Shown: positions 23,253-32,375 of the stretch, in pieces
How the letters are laid out: the number at the start of each line of letters is the position of its first letter
Numbering within the stretch: position 1 is the first letter of the stretch
Position numbers and translations under genes: made by a program
The notes under the pieces: model-generated
Database searches by the model: none
What the model was told of the DNA's origin: nothing
The model's input: the letters and a program-made list of their open reading frames with translations, nothing else
From: a virus
Taxonomy: Duplodnaviria; Heunggongvirae; Uroviricota; Caudoviricetes
IMG/VR virus record: IMGVR_UViG_3300021405_000008
DNA length: 33,988 nucleotides
Reading direction: 5' to 3' (one strand)

Positions 23253-23394
23253 TCTGGTTCATGGCAGGCAGGGCATGTACTGCCCCGAGTTCTGCGGCGT
23301 GCGCTGGAACGGCAAGGGACGCAGGCGAGCACGCAGGGTAATGGGGCGTTACATCCAGCACTATATGCGGAGGCACGTCAATGTCGACGAGTAG
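23239..23394 (+). CDS. small basic protein with CxxxC...HxxxH (51 aa)
   Basis: YCPEFCG...IQHYMRRH. Confidence 0.6.
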   Translation: MAIPDLVHGRQGMYCPEFCGVRWNGKGRRRARRVMGRYIQHYMRRHVNVDE

Positions 23395-23623
23395 CACAGG
23401 AATAAGCAATAACACAAAGCCCCCGCACAACCGGACGCCGGGTACATCGGACATATGTAAATATGTCGGATGTAAGAGGCCGGGCGTTGGCGAGCTACGG
23501 GCGAACCACATTCTGGGGAACAATGGGATTCCCTGGACGATGTGCGATGACCATATTCTGCCCGAAGAACACCCGACGGATATACATGACAGGCTTGTGA
23601 GGTGGATCGATGTCGCTCAGTGA
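23381..23623 (+). CDS. small protein with CxxxGC...CxxH zinc-finger-like motif
   Basis: ICKYVGC...MCDDH; GGAGG RBS. Confidence 0.65.
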   Translation: MSTSSTGISNNTKPPHNRTPGTSDICKYVGCKRPGVGELRANHILGNNGIPWTMCDDHILPEEHPTDIHDRLVRWIDVAQ

Positions 23624-23954
23624 AGTTGACCGGCTCAGCCGGCGGATCTACCCGAACCACGATAACACGGGCCTAAGGTTTACTGATTTCAGCGAGATAG
23701 ATTATGCTCCGCCAGCGCCGAAGCATGAGCGGTTGGGGAAGGCCGCAAAGTGGCTCGGAAAAGCTGGTGCGAGGGCGGTGTCGGGGCTAAGGGTGGCCAT
23801 AGCCCCGACACTCCAGCAGGCGAAGGATCACCTGTTCACCATCGCTGCTATGACATGCTTCGATTGGGCAGCCTTCCTCTGGAATGACAAGGCTGGGCTA
23901 ATCACTACTGGCGTTGCTTTCATCCTGTTCGAGCTGAAGGTCTCAAGCTCATGA
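23610..23954 (+). CDS. membrane protein with C-terminal two-TM hairpin (pre-portal gene type)
   Basis: LFTIAAMTCFDWAAFLW...GLITTGVAFILFEL; similar small genes recalled upstream of actinophage portals. Confidence 0.7.
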   Translation: MSLSEVDRLSRRIYPNHDNTGLRFTDFSEIDYAPPAPKHERLGKAAKWLGKAGARAVSGLRVAIAPTLQQAKDHLFTIAAMTCFDWAAFLWNDKAGLITTGVAFILFELKVSSS

Positions 23955-24160
23955 CAATGACAAACAGCATTCCAGATCGTAATGTTGAGATAGCCATCGC
24001 CCGCGCCTACTACGAAGATGAAGTTGGCAAGAGTAAGTACCCGGACAGTACCCTGCCTTGGGATGATCTGCCGATCAATGTAAGGGTTAGCCGAGCCAAT
24101 ATCATCAATAGCCTGATCATTCAGGGTGTAATTCTACCCGGGTTCAAGGTCATGCCATGA
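23951..24160 (+). CDS. hypothetical protein (69 aa)
   Basis: ATGA overlaps. Confidence 0.7.
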   Translation: MTMTNSIPDRNVEIAIARAYYEDEVGKSKYPDSTLPWDDLPINVRVSRANIINSLIIQGVILPGFKVMP

Positions 24161-24480
24161 ACAGCAGCGAAGAGATTTACCTTGGTAGTGACCACTACAT
24201 CCGCATCGCGGTCTGGGATCCTGATCTCAGTCTTAACCCGACCGCAGTGAAGTACAAGGATAGCCTGCCGCTGAACTGCTCCGGGATTATCCGGCATAAG
24301 AACAGCGACGGAAATGATTGTGAAGGCGTTATCACTTTCGATAGCAAGATTGCCCGGGAAGTAATGATGGGACCGTTCTGGGAGGTAGAGAGCTGGGATC
24401 CTCTGACTCTATCTCCGAGCATTCTTTGTTCCTGCGGGGATCACGGATTTATCAAGCAGGGTAAGTGGGTGAAGGCATAA
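24157..24480 (+). CDS. DUF6527-like metal-binding protein
   Basis: C-terminal PLTLSPSILCSCGDHGFIKQGKW fits recalled DUF6527 pattern (TLxPSI...C..HGFIxxGxW). Confidence 0.6.
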   Translation: MNSSEEIYLGSDHYIRIAVWDPDLSLNPTAVKYKDSLPLNCSGIIRHKNSDGNDCEGVITFDSKIAREVMMGPFWEVESWDPLTLSPSILCSCGDHGFIKQGKWVKA

Positions 24481-25946
24481 TGACGAAGTCACTTGTTCGT
24501 GCGATCTCAAACCTTGCTACCACTTCGCACCACCCGATCCCGTTCCCGCAGCGCTGGAATACGCAGGGCGGGCAATTGTACGGTTCTGGTTTGCAGGACC
24601 GATTTACCCAGCTGAATGCTATGTCGGGTACTGGGACCCTATTTGCTATCATCCAATTGCTTTCCACCGGTGCCCAGGCAACTGGCTCCTGGAAGATGAT
24701 GAATAAGAGCCGGGACGGCCGAGTTCGCTACTCCAGTCATGACAAGGGTAGTGACCAGCGTGTCGAGGTATTGCAGCACCCCGCGCTATCTCTTTGGAAT
24801 AACCCGAATCCATTCATGACAGGAGAGCAGTTCCGTGAAATCGGCTGGCAGTTCATGGAACTCGTTGGCGAGTGGTACTGGATTCTCAACCGCGGAGCCT
24901 CAGGCAAGGGTATCCCGATTGAAATGTGGCCGGTGCGTCCAGATCGGATGGAACCGGTACCAGATCCCAAAAACTTCCTTGCCGGCTGGATATATACGGG
25001 ACCTAACGGCGAAACTGTGCCCCTTCTTGCGTCCGAGGTCATCCAGCTCAAATACCCCAATCCCCTGGATATGTACCGTGGCATGTCGCCCGTCCAGGCT
25101 CTGCTGGCTGACATCGATTCAGCCAAGTACACTGCCGAGTGGAGCAGGAACTTCTTTCTCAATTCCGCCACTCCCGGAGGGATTGTCACTTTCGCCAAAC
25201 GACTATCGGATACTGAATTCAACGAATTCGTGGCCCGCTGGCGTGAGCAGCACCAGGGTGTCGCACGTGGTCACAGGGTCGGGGTCCTAGAACAGGGCGC
25301 TACGTTTGACAACAACACTTATACCATGCACGACATGCAGTTCGTCGAGCTGCGGAACCTCAGCAGAGAAGTGATCCGGGAAGCATACCGGATTCACCAG
25401 GCTATGCTCGGCAACAGCGAGGATGTAAACCGAGCTAACGCGCAGACCGCCGAGGAAATTCACGTTGCATGGCACGAGATCCCCCGGCTCAAGCGTGAGC
25501 GCACCGTCCTGAACAATATGTTCCTGCCGATGTGGGGTGATACCTCACACAACCGGGAATTTGACTTTGATGACCCGAGCCCGACATCTGCCAATGATGC
25601 TAATGACGAGCTTACCGCAAAGAGCAATGCCGTGTCTATCCTGGTCGCGGCTGGATTCAATGCGCAGGATGCCTGCGAGGTTGTGGGCCTGCCGAATATG
25701 CGCTGGTCCCCGCCAATGCCCATTGCGGCTGGGCCAAGCGGACAGCCCAAGGACAGCCCTGATACCGGGGAAGACAGGCCATCGGACCTTGCCCGCGTTC
25801 CGAAGGTTACCCCGGTGCCAAAGGTAACTCCAGTACAGAAGGGCGATACGTTGGACAAGGAACTGTCTGACATGATTGTGGTGGAGTTTGCGGGCATGAT
25901 CCGTGATTCCTTCGAGGTAATACGGAGTGAAAGGGAACTCGTATGA
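24480..25946 (+). CDS. portal protein, HK97 family
   Basis: NPNPFMTGEQF, GMSPV, FFLNSATPGGI, DMQFVELRNL motifs; TAATG coupling at 24480. Confidence 0.95.
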   Translation: MTKSLVRAISNLATTSHHPIPFPQRWNTQGGQLYGSGLQDRFTQLNAMSGTGTLFAIIQLLSTGAQATGSWKMMNKSRDGRVRYSSHDKGSDQRVEVLQHPALSLWNNPNPFMTGEQFREIGWQFMELVGEWYWILNRGASGKGIPIEMWPVRPDRMEPVPDPKNFLAGWIYTGPNGETVPLLASEVIQLKYPNPLDMYRGMSPVQALLADIDSAKYTAEWSRNFFLNSATPGGIVTFAKRLSDTEFNEFVARWREQHQGVARGHRVGVLEQGATFDNNTYTMHDMQFVELRNLSREVIREAYRIHQAMLGNSEDVNRANAQTAEEIHVAWHEIPRLKRERTVLNNMFLPMWGDTSHNREFDFDDPSPTSANDANDELTAKSNAVSILVAAGFNAQDACEVVGLPNMRWSPPMPIAAGPSGQPKDSPDTGEDRPSDLARVPKVTPVPKVTPVQKGDTLDKELSDMIVVEFAGMIRDSFEVIRSERELV

Positions 25947-27460
25947 ATGGTACGCCCTGGCGGACTGCCAGGCGAGTGATGGCGCTAAGCCAGGGAAATA
26001 GCTGGTATCGAATTCGAAATGCAACCAGCAACGAGCCCGCTCAGCTCCATATTTATGACGAGATCGGCATGCTAGGCGTCAGTGCCAGCGATTTGATTGA
26101 CAAGCTGTCTGCTGTATCTGGCCCGATTGATGTTCACCTCAACTCCCCCGGCGGGGAGGTGTTCGAGGGTCTGGCTATCTACAATGCTCTGCTGCAGCGT
26201 GATGACGTCAACGTGTTCATCGATGGCATGGCGGCGAGCATCGCAAGCGTGATTGCAATGGCCGGCAAGAAGATCAGCATTGCCCGTAGCGCCCGGATGA
26301 TGGTTCACGACGGCTTCTGCCTCGCGATTGGCAATGCCAATGACATGCGGCAGCTGGCTGATCAGCTTGACTTCGAGTCCGACAACATTGCCGGCATTTA
26401 TGCCTATCACACCGGGCAGTCGCAGGCATACTGGCGCGATATCATGCGCCAGGAGAAGTGGTACAACGCCGAGATGGCGATCGAGGCTGGCCTGGCTCAC
26501 GAGATCATCGAGACTCGGGGCGGCGCTAACTCGGTCAGTGCGCAGGACCGGATTAACGCGAAGGACTGGGACCTCAGCATTTACAAGAATGCAAGGGAAC
26601 TGGAGCTAGCGGGCGTTCAGAACAAGGCGGACGTTCAGGACGCGGCGACGCACAGCTACACCGGTGATCATGATACCGCTCATGAGCCGATCACTGGCAT
26701 GCACACGCACAACCATGCTAGCTTCGGCTGCGTGGACGGCGATGATGGTATCCATAGTCACGCTCACACGCACAATGGCGATGCCGTGCACGATCACAGC
26801 CCGCATACTATGCACGAGCACAGCCACGCGCACGGCGGTGGACACACGCATGCGCATGAAGCCGGCATGGGAAATTACGGGCCGCACGCTCACGCGCATG
26901 CTCACGGCAATAGTGACCCGGATCATGACGGTGACAATGATGCCTCCGCGGCTGGTGACACCGATCATGACTACTGGGCTGCTCCTGCAAGGAATAATGC
27001 AGAAGACGAGGAGCGCACAGTAATCAAGATGCACGTTGATCTCCACAATGCGAGCTATGATGACTCGCCTTGGGATGGAGGCGCTGCTATGTCGGCTGCC
27101 TCTAGCTCGGCTAACCCGGCCAGCGCTCTAAGTGCTATCTGCGCTGGCAGGAAATCAGGCGATGCATCCAAGCAGGAGGCGCACGCGCTCCCGCATCACA
27201 AGCGTCCTGGGTCACCTCCGAATAAGGCTGGCGTTACTGCGGCCCTCGGGCGTCTAAACCAGACACAGGATCTTACCAACAAGAGCGCCGCCGAAGCGCA
27301 CCTGAAGGCTCACGCTGCTGCTTGGTCTAGCGGCAGTGATGATATGGCCGATGGCCATGGCATTACGAATCACACGCACACGCACGACAATGGTAACATT
27401 CTTGATTTTACCGATGAAGAACTGGCTCAGCTAGCCCAGACCCTGAAAGGGGTGCAGTAA
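25943..27460 (+). CDS. ClpP-type (S14/S49-like) prohead protease / scaffold with His-rich insert
   Basis: IYDEIG, LNSPGGEVFEG, AASIASVIAMAG (Ser), MMVHD (His), WYNAEMAIEAGLA; lies between portal and capsid. Confidence 0.92.
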   Translation: MNGTPWRTARRVMALSQGNSWYRIRNATSNEPAQLHIYDEIGMLGVSASDLIDKLSAVSGPIDVHLNSPGGEVFEGLAIYNALLQRDDVNVFIDGMAASIASVIAMAGKKISIARSARMMVHDGFCLAIGNANDMRQLADQLDFESDNIAGIYAYHTGQSQAYWRDIMRQEKWYNAEMAIEAGLAHEIIETRGGANSVSAQDRINAKDWDLSIYKNARELELAGVQNKADVQDAATHSYTGDHDTAHEPITGMHTHNHASFGCVDGDDGIHSHAHTHNGDAVHDHSPHTMHEHSHAHGGGHTHAHEAGMGNYGPHAHAHAHGNSDPDHDGDNDASAAGDTDHDYWAAPARNNAEDEERTVIKMHVDLHNASYDDSPWDGGAAMSAASSSANPASALSAICAGRKSGDASKQEAHALPHHKRPGSPPNKAGVTAALGRLNQTQDLTNKSAAEAHLKAHAAAWSSGSDDMADGHGITNHTHTHDNGNILDFTDEELAQLAQTLKGVQ

Positions 27461-28870
27461 ATGGCACCAACCCTAGTCATCCCGGACACTGCCGAAGGTC
27501 TGGAGGAGATGCTGTCTGATCTTCCCAGGGTACGGGCGATGATGTCCGAGCCTGGCAAGTTCAAGGAGTTCATGAATGTCTACGCCCGCCGTATGTGGGA
27601 TAAGGACAATGACCTAAAGCAGCAGGTCAAGGAGCAGGTTCAGACCACGATGGCGGAGTTCGCCCGTGATAATGGACTTGGCGGGGACCGACTGAACTTC
27701 GGCAATGCTCTTCCGAACATGACTCCTGGCTTCAATGCCAAGGCTGTCAGTCATGGCAAGGGTGCGGCCTACAACCGGGCGAGCTACGGTGCCCGACTGG
27801 AGATCGAGCAGGGCGCTGAGAACCAGTTCAACACGAGTGCTGAATTCTTCCAGGCGATCTGGCCGAAGTTTGAGACGCTGAAGAATGCGAGTGACCTGAG
27901 GCGGAAGCGCGATGCCGCGCTGACAATTCAGAACAGCTACGGCTCTGAGGTCCCGGCTGACGGTGGATTCCTGATTCCTGAGCGTCTGCGGAGTGACATT
28001 CTGCAGGTCGCGCTGGAGACGGCGATCGTCCGGCCGCGTGCCCAGGTCATCCCGATGGACAGCTTGCGAGTGCCGATCCCCATGATCGACACCACGAGCA
28101 ACGTCTCTAGCGTCTTCGGTGGCGTGGTCTGCTACTGGACGGAAGAAGGTGCGCAGCTCATTGAGAGCCAGGCGACCTTCGGCCGGGTTGTCCTGGATGC
28201 CAAGAAGCTGACTGGGTATGCGGAAGTGCCGAACGAGCTTCTGGCCGACGCGCCTGCGTTCTCGGCATTCTTCGACACCATCTTCCCCCGCGCTATCGCG
28301 TGGTACGAGGATGTTGCGTTCATGAACGGTACGGGTGTTGGTGAGCCGCTCGGCTTCGTCAACTGCCCGGCTTCCGTGCAGGTCGCGACCCAGGCTGGCC
28401 AGGCAACGAAGACGATTGTCTGGGAAAACGTCATCGGCATGTATGCTCGCATGCTGCCGACGGCGCTTGCCAACGCCGTGTGGATTGCCTCCATCGACAC
28501 CTTCCCCGAGCTGGCGACCATGGCTCTGTCCGTGGGTACTGGCGGTGGTCCGGTCTGGATGGGTAACTACACGAGCCCTGGTGCGAGCACCCCGCCCGTG
28601 ACCATCCTCGGCCGCCCGGTGTTTTTCACGGAGAAGACCCCGGTGCTCGGCACCACGGGTGCGATCAACTTCGTGGACATGTCATACTACCTGATCGGTG
28701 ACCGGCAGATGATGCAGTCTGCCTCCAGCGAGCAGTACCGGTTCCAGAACGACAAGACGGCGTTCCGCGTCATCGAGCGCCTTGACGGTCGGCCCTGGAT
28801 TCAGTCGTCCATCACCCCGCACAACGGTGGCCCGAACCTGACTCCGTTCGTTCAGCTGGCGACGGTCTGA
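27461..28870 (+). CDS. major capsid protein, HK97 fold
   Basis: DGGFLIPE, YWTEEG, ILGRPVFFTE, FRVIERLDG motifs; position after protease. Confidence 0.95.
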   Translation: MAPTLVIPDTAEGLEEMLSDLPRVRAMMSEPGKFKEFMNVYARRMWDKDNDLKQQVKEQVQTTMAEFARDNGLGGDRLNFGNALPNMTPGFNAKAVSHGKGAAYNRASYGARLEIEQGAENQFNTSAEFFQAIWPKFETLKNASDLRRKRDAALTIQNSYGSEVPADGGFLIPERLRSDILQVALETAIVRPRAQVIPMDSLRVPIPMIDTTSNVSSVFGGVVCYWTEEGAQLIESQATFGRVVLDAKKLTGYAEVPNELLADAPAFSAFFDTIFPRAIAWYEDVAFMNGTGVGEPLGFVNCPASVQVATQAGQATKTIVWENVIGMYARMLPTALANAVWIASIDTFPELATMALSVGTGGGPVWMGNYTSPGASTPPVTILGRPVFFTEKTPVLGTTGAINFVDMSYYLIGDRQMMQSASSEQYRFQNDKTAFRVIERLDGRPWIQSSITPHNGGPNLTPFVQLATV

Positions 28871-28871
28871 C

Positions 28872-29126
28872 ATGAGTTTCTCATTCTCGGCAGCGGGCAC
28901 GCGCGCGCAGACGCTAGCGAGTCTTGACGGCGTGAATGTGAATGAAAATAATCTCGGTGTTGTTGCTGCACTGTTCGCCAAGGAACTGGTGACTCAGGAT
29001 AATACCGAGCCTACCGATACGCAGGATGTTCGCTACAGCGTAAATGCTAGCGGACACTGCGGCAAGGGCAGTCTATCGACTGTGCAGTTGAGCTTTACAA
29101 CGCAGTACGTACCAAAGTCGGAATAA
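28872..29126 (+). CDS. hypothetical protein (84 aa)
   Basis: starts 1 nt after capsid stop. Confidence 0.7.
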   Translation: MSFSFSAAGTRAQTLASLDGVNVNENNLGVVAALFAKELVTQDNTEPTDTQDVRYSVNASGHCGKGSLSTVQLSFTTQYVPKSE

Positions 29127-29133
29127 CAGAGTA

Positions 29134-29161
29134 GGGGGCGGGCATTGAAACCCCCGCCCCC
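29134..29161 (+). terminator. GC hairpin after capsid operon segment
   Basis: GGGGGCGGG-10 nt-CCCGCCCCC perfect 9-bp stem; no U tract. Confidence 0.55.
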
Positions 29162-29209
29162 GAATGAGCAGTAGTGCAGTAACGCCCACTACCAAGAGAA
29201 GGTTACGAA

Positions 29210-29698
29210 ATGTCAGGTATGGAAATCCTTGGCCGGGATGTCAATATCATCCCCGTCGCGTCTGGTGCCCCCTTCAAGCTGCGCGGCGCTAGCACCGCGA
29301 TGATCGTGGTGACTGGCGCGACGGCCGTCATCTCCCTCCAGCAGCAGACCGGGTTCGGCGGCTCGCCGTCTTCCCTGTATGCCATCAAGAACGTCTACTG
29401 GTCAACGTCTTCGACTGGTACGGCTGCCTGGAGCAAGCTGACTTACAACTCTACGGTTGCGCCATACCTTACTGGCGGGCCGAGTAGCGGCCCCGGTCCT
29501 CTGCAGACGTACACGCATGGTACCACGACTGGTCTTACTACGGCTGTGATGTCGGCATTCCACGTCTTCACGTCTGAGCTGTCGGACCCGACTAACTACC
29601 TCTTGGCTACCGCCACTGGTAGCGGTCTCTGCTACGTTGTGCTGGGCGATCTGGTTGCCGAGCGCGCTCCGGCCAACCTTGAGATCCTGTCTAGCTGA
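29210..29698 (+). CDS. putative virion (head-associated) protein
   Basis: post-capsid position; GRDVNIIPVASG...LVAERAPANL resembles actinophage post-capsid genes (recalled). Confidence 0.6.
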   Translation: MSGMEILGRDVNIIPVASGAPFKLRGASTAMIVVTGATAVISLQQQTGFGGSPSSLYAIKNVYWSTSSTGTAAWSKLTYNSTVAPYLTGGPSSGPGPLQTYTHGTTTGLTTAVMSAFHVFTSELSDPTNYLLATATGSGLCYVVLGDLVAERAPANLEILSS

Positions 29699-29725
29699 CC
29701 TGACTTTTACAGAAGGGGAATAGTC

Positions 29726-30196
29726 ATGTCAGTAATCATCCAGGGTTACCAGCTGCGAGAAATCGCACTTGGTGTTCAGATCATTAAGGCGGGCCAGAAT
29801 CTCCCGCAGACTGCTACGGCCAACCTGTTCACCGTTAGTGGTGGCTCGGTCCTCGTGACCTCGCTACTCGGCGTCGTGTCCACGGTTATCCAGGGCACGG
29901 ACCCGGGCTTGTCGCTTGGTACTGCGCCGACTACCGGCACGGCCGAGACTTCTGGCATCGCGACCACCACGTCGATTGCTAGCGCTGAGGTCGGCACCTG
30001 GCTTGGCGTGCAAGCCTCTACCGGATCGGCCGGTGCGCTCGTTAACGGCGGGCACGCCGGAAGTGCGGTTTGGCTGTCTGCTCCGTTTGTTGTCCCAGCT
30101 GGAACCATCACTTGGACGACTACGGCGAGTAAGACTGGCGCCATCAAGTGGTACCTGACTTATGTTACCCTCGACACCGGTGCTGCGGTTAACTAG
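29726..30196 (+). CDS. putative capsid decoration/minor virion protein, paralog B1
   Basis: G/T/A-rich beta protein; shared motifs with next two genes. Confidence 0.65.
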   Translation: MSVIIQGYQLREIALGVQIIKAGQNLPQTATANLFTVSGGSVLVTSLLGVVSTVIQGTDPGLSLGTAPTTGTAETSGIATTTSIASAEVGTWLGVQASTGSAGALVNGGHAGSAVWLSAPFVVPAGTITWTTTASKTGAIKWYLTYVTLDTGAAVN

Positions 30197-30204
30197 GGAG
30201 CAAC

Positions 30205-30963
30205 ATGAGCTCACGTACCTATCCCCCAGGTGACGCACTGATCCAGGGCAATCAGCTCCGGAACATCGTTATCGGGACACTGGTCACAAAGGCAGCGCAG
30301 ACGCTGCCACAGAACACAACGAAGACCCTCTACACGGTGACTGGTAGTGCAGTTCTAATCACCGGGCTGATGGGTGTGGTAACTACTGCAATTGGCGCTA
30401 CCGCTACAAACCTCAGCGTCGGTATGGCTCCGACGACGGGGACGGCGGAAACCGCTGGAATTGCCAATGCCACGGCGATTACCTCCTTGGCAGTTGGGAC
30501 ATGGCTTCATGCCCCGATCAACGGCAGTGCGTCTGTGTCTGCGCCTACGTTCCCGGCGACGGGAACGCCGCAGTCTAACTCGAACTCGTTTGCCATTTCG
30601 GCCGTGATTAGCGCTAACGGCGCAACGATCACGAATGTAACAGTGAACGGGGCAACGGTTGGCACGACGGCGGGGACTTACACGGTTCCGGCGCACGGCA
30701 GCATCAGCGTCGCATACACGGTCGCAACGCCGACCTGGACCTGGGCTAATGCGAAGAGCCTTGGTACTGGTCCGGGCGGCGGGGCTAGCACTCTGGGGCA
30801 GCATGTGGGGCTTGCGGGCGCGTTCGTTGCGCCTCCGGGCACCATTACCTGGACCACAAGTGCGAATGATACGGGTGCGATCGCTTGGTATTTGCACTAT
30901 GTCCCGCTCGATAACTACCCGGGCGTGGGTATCGGTTCAACTCAGGTAGCGCAGGTACAGTAA
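30205..30963 (+). CDS. putative capsid decoration/minor virion protein, paralog B2 with inserted domain
   Basis: same scaffold as B1 plus about 75-aa insertion. Confidence 0.65.
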   Translation: MSSRTYPPGDALIQGNQLRNIVIGTLVTKAAQTLPQNTTKTLYTVTGSAVLITGLMGVVTTAIGATATNLSVGMAPTTGTAETAGIANATAITSLAVGTWLHAPINGSASVSAPTFPATGTPQSNSNSFAISAVISANGATITNVTVNGATVGTTAGTYTVPAHGSISVAYTVATPTWTWANAKSLGTGPGGGASTLGQHVGLAGAFVAPPGTITWTTSANDTGAIAWYLHYVPLDNYPGVGIGSTQVAQVQ

Positions 30964-30964
30964 C

Positions 30965-31486
30965 ATGTCTGTGTTCCCGAAGCCAAGCGAGCTGTTCGGC
31001 GTGTATTATGGCTTCTTGGTGACCGGCGGGGCGAAAACCCTGCCGGCCTCCACCAAGCAGAGCATATTCACGGTTGGTGGCGGCCGGGTAATTGTCACCA
31101 GTCTCCATAGCGTGGTAAGCACAGTCATTCAGGCTCAGGCCTGTACCCTATCGGTTGGCAATACTCCTACAGTAGGGTCTGCGGCTGCGGCTTCAATAGC
31201 TGCGGCTAGCGCCTCCCTCTCGGGTCTAGCTGTAGGTCAGTACCTCGCCGTTCCGCCCTTCACGAATGCTACAACTCCTGCGGCTCTCGTGCTTAGTGGG
31301 ACTAGTGGCGTCATGATCGGCAATGGGTCTACTTCAGCAATAGGCGTTCCGGTATCTAGCGGCGGTATTTGCATAGTGCCAGCAGGAACAATCGACGTTA
31401 CGACAAGCGCAACTAACACAGGGGCGATCGTCTACTCTATCACCTACGTTCCGTATGACGTTGGCGCAACGATTACGGCTCTGTGA
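30965..31486 (+). CDS. putative capsid decoration/minor virion protein, paralog B3
   Basis: LP...IFTV.GG.V.VTSL..VVSTVIQ...VPAGTI..TTSA..TGAI.Y..TYV scaffold. Confidence 0.65.
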   Translation: MSVFPKPSELFGVYYGFLVTGGAKTLPASTKQSIFTVGGGRVIVTSLHSVVSTVIQAQACTLSVGNTPTVGSAAAASIAAASASLSGLAVGQYLAVPPFTNATTPAALVLSGTSGVMIGNGSTSAIGVPVSSGGICIVPAGTIDVTTSATNTGAIVYSITYVPYDVGATITAL

Positions 31487-31493
31487 GGTAGCT

Positions 31494-31769
31494 ATGTGGG
31501 AATGCGAAGTATGTAGTACGACGGGTATCACCAACCAGTATTTTTGCCCGTCATGCTTTACGCCGCGCCCCGGGAAGGAAGCTGGTGAAATGGCGGAGAG
31601 CGACGGAGAGGCCCCGGGGGACGTTCCGGCCGCCGACGCTATCCCGGACGCCGAACCGGCCGTGAGCGGCGATCCTAGCCCGCCCGAATCGGCCGACTCG
31701 CCCGCGTCCGGCTACTCGGAAGCCGAGCCTAGCGCTGGCGGGTTCCTGACAGATTGGGGAAAAAGATAG
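31494..31769 (+). CDS. RanBP2-type-like zinc finger protein with acidic tail
   Basis: WECEVC-x10-CPSC; start reassigned to ATG 31494 after GAGG. Confidence 0.7.
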   Translation: MWECEVCSTTGITNQYFCPSCFTPRPGKEAGEMAESDGEAPGDVPAADAIPDAEPAVSGDPSPPESADSPASGYSEAEPSAGGFLTDWGKR

Positions 31770-32299
31770 TGCCTCGTGTTAGCAATGCAAGCGGACCTAG
31801 TAACGCAGACGTGAAACGAGAGCCTGATCTTTTCTTCAGGCAGGGCGGTGGTGAACCATCAGCTGGTACCAGCTTCTCGACATCCGCAAGCAAGCCAGAA
31901 TGGAGTGGCTCCGTAGCCCGGGAAACGGATCAGTTGATCCAATCGCCTGCCCAATATGCGGAGAACCCCTTCGCACAGGACCCTCCAATGGACCCAGCAC
32001 AATCCTCTACTGCTCCTTCGACGGATGGCAGTACCCAAGAGATTGGACAAGGCCAGCTGAGCCCCAAGGACTCTTCGGCGGACGAAATGTCGGTGACTCC
32101 GGCTATACCGGCGACTACTGAGGAAAAGAAGACTGCTGCTGATATGCTTCACCTGGCTCGCGAGGCTTTTGATGCCGAGGATTACGACATGGCAGATGAG
32201 CTACTCGATGAAGCCGACCTCACAGATCCTGCGCTCAAGGGGCAGATCGCAGAAGCTAGGTCAGAGATCCTGAGGGCTCGTTCCGTGCGAGGCAAGTGA
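31769..32299 (+). CDS. acidic low-complexity protein (possible scaffold/accessory)
   Basis: GTG 31769 overlapping upstream TAG; PRVSNASGPSNA N-terminus. Confidence 0.65.
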   Translation: MPRVSNASGPSNADVKREPDLFFRQGGGEPSAGTSFSTSASKPEWSGSVARETDQLIQSPAQYAENPFAQDPPMDPAQSSTAPSTDGSTQEIGQGQLSPKDSSADEMSVTPAIPATTEEKKTAADMLHLAREAFDAEDYDMADELLDEADLTDPALKGQIAEARSEILRARSVRGK

Positions 32300-32375
32300 T
32301 CACAAGATAGCCCAAAACTGAATATAAGCCAGTCCCACCCCAAGAGGGTTCTCGGCAAGGAAGCAAGGCACAGGA

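Noticed and set aside
25796-25832. PKVTPV-PKVTPV repeat in the portal C-tail
   Set aside because: Short duplication with synonymous divergence in a disordered tail; no evident function.
25943-26600. Host clpP gene
   Set aside because: Located between portal and capsid with a long non-ClpP C-terminus; this is the standard phage prohead protease arrangement.
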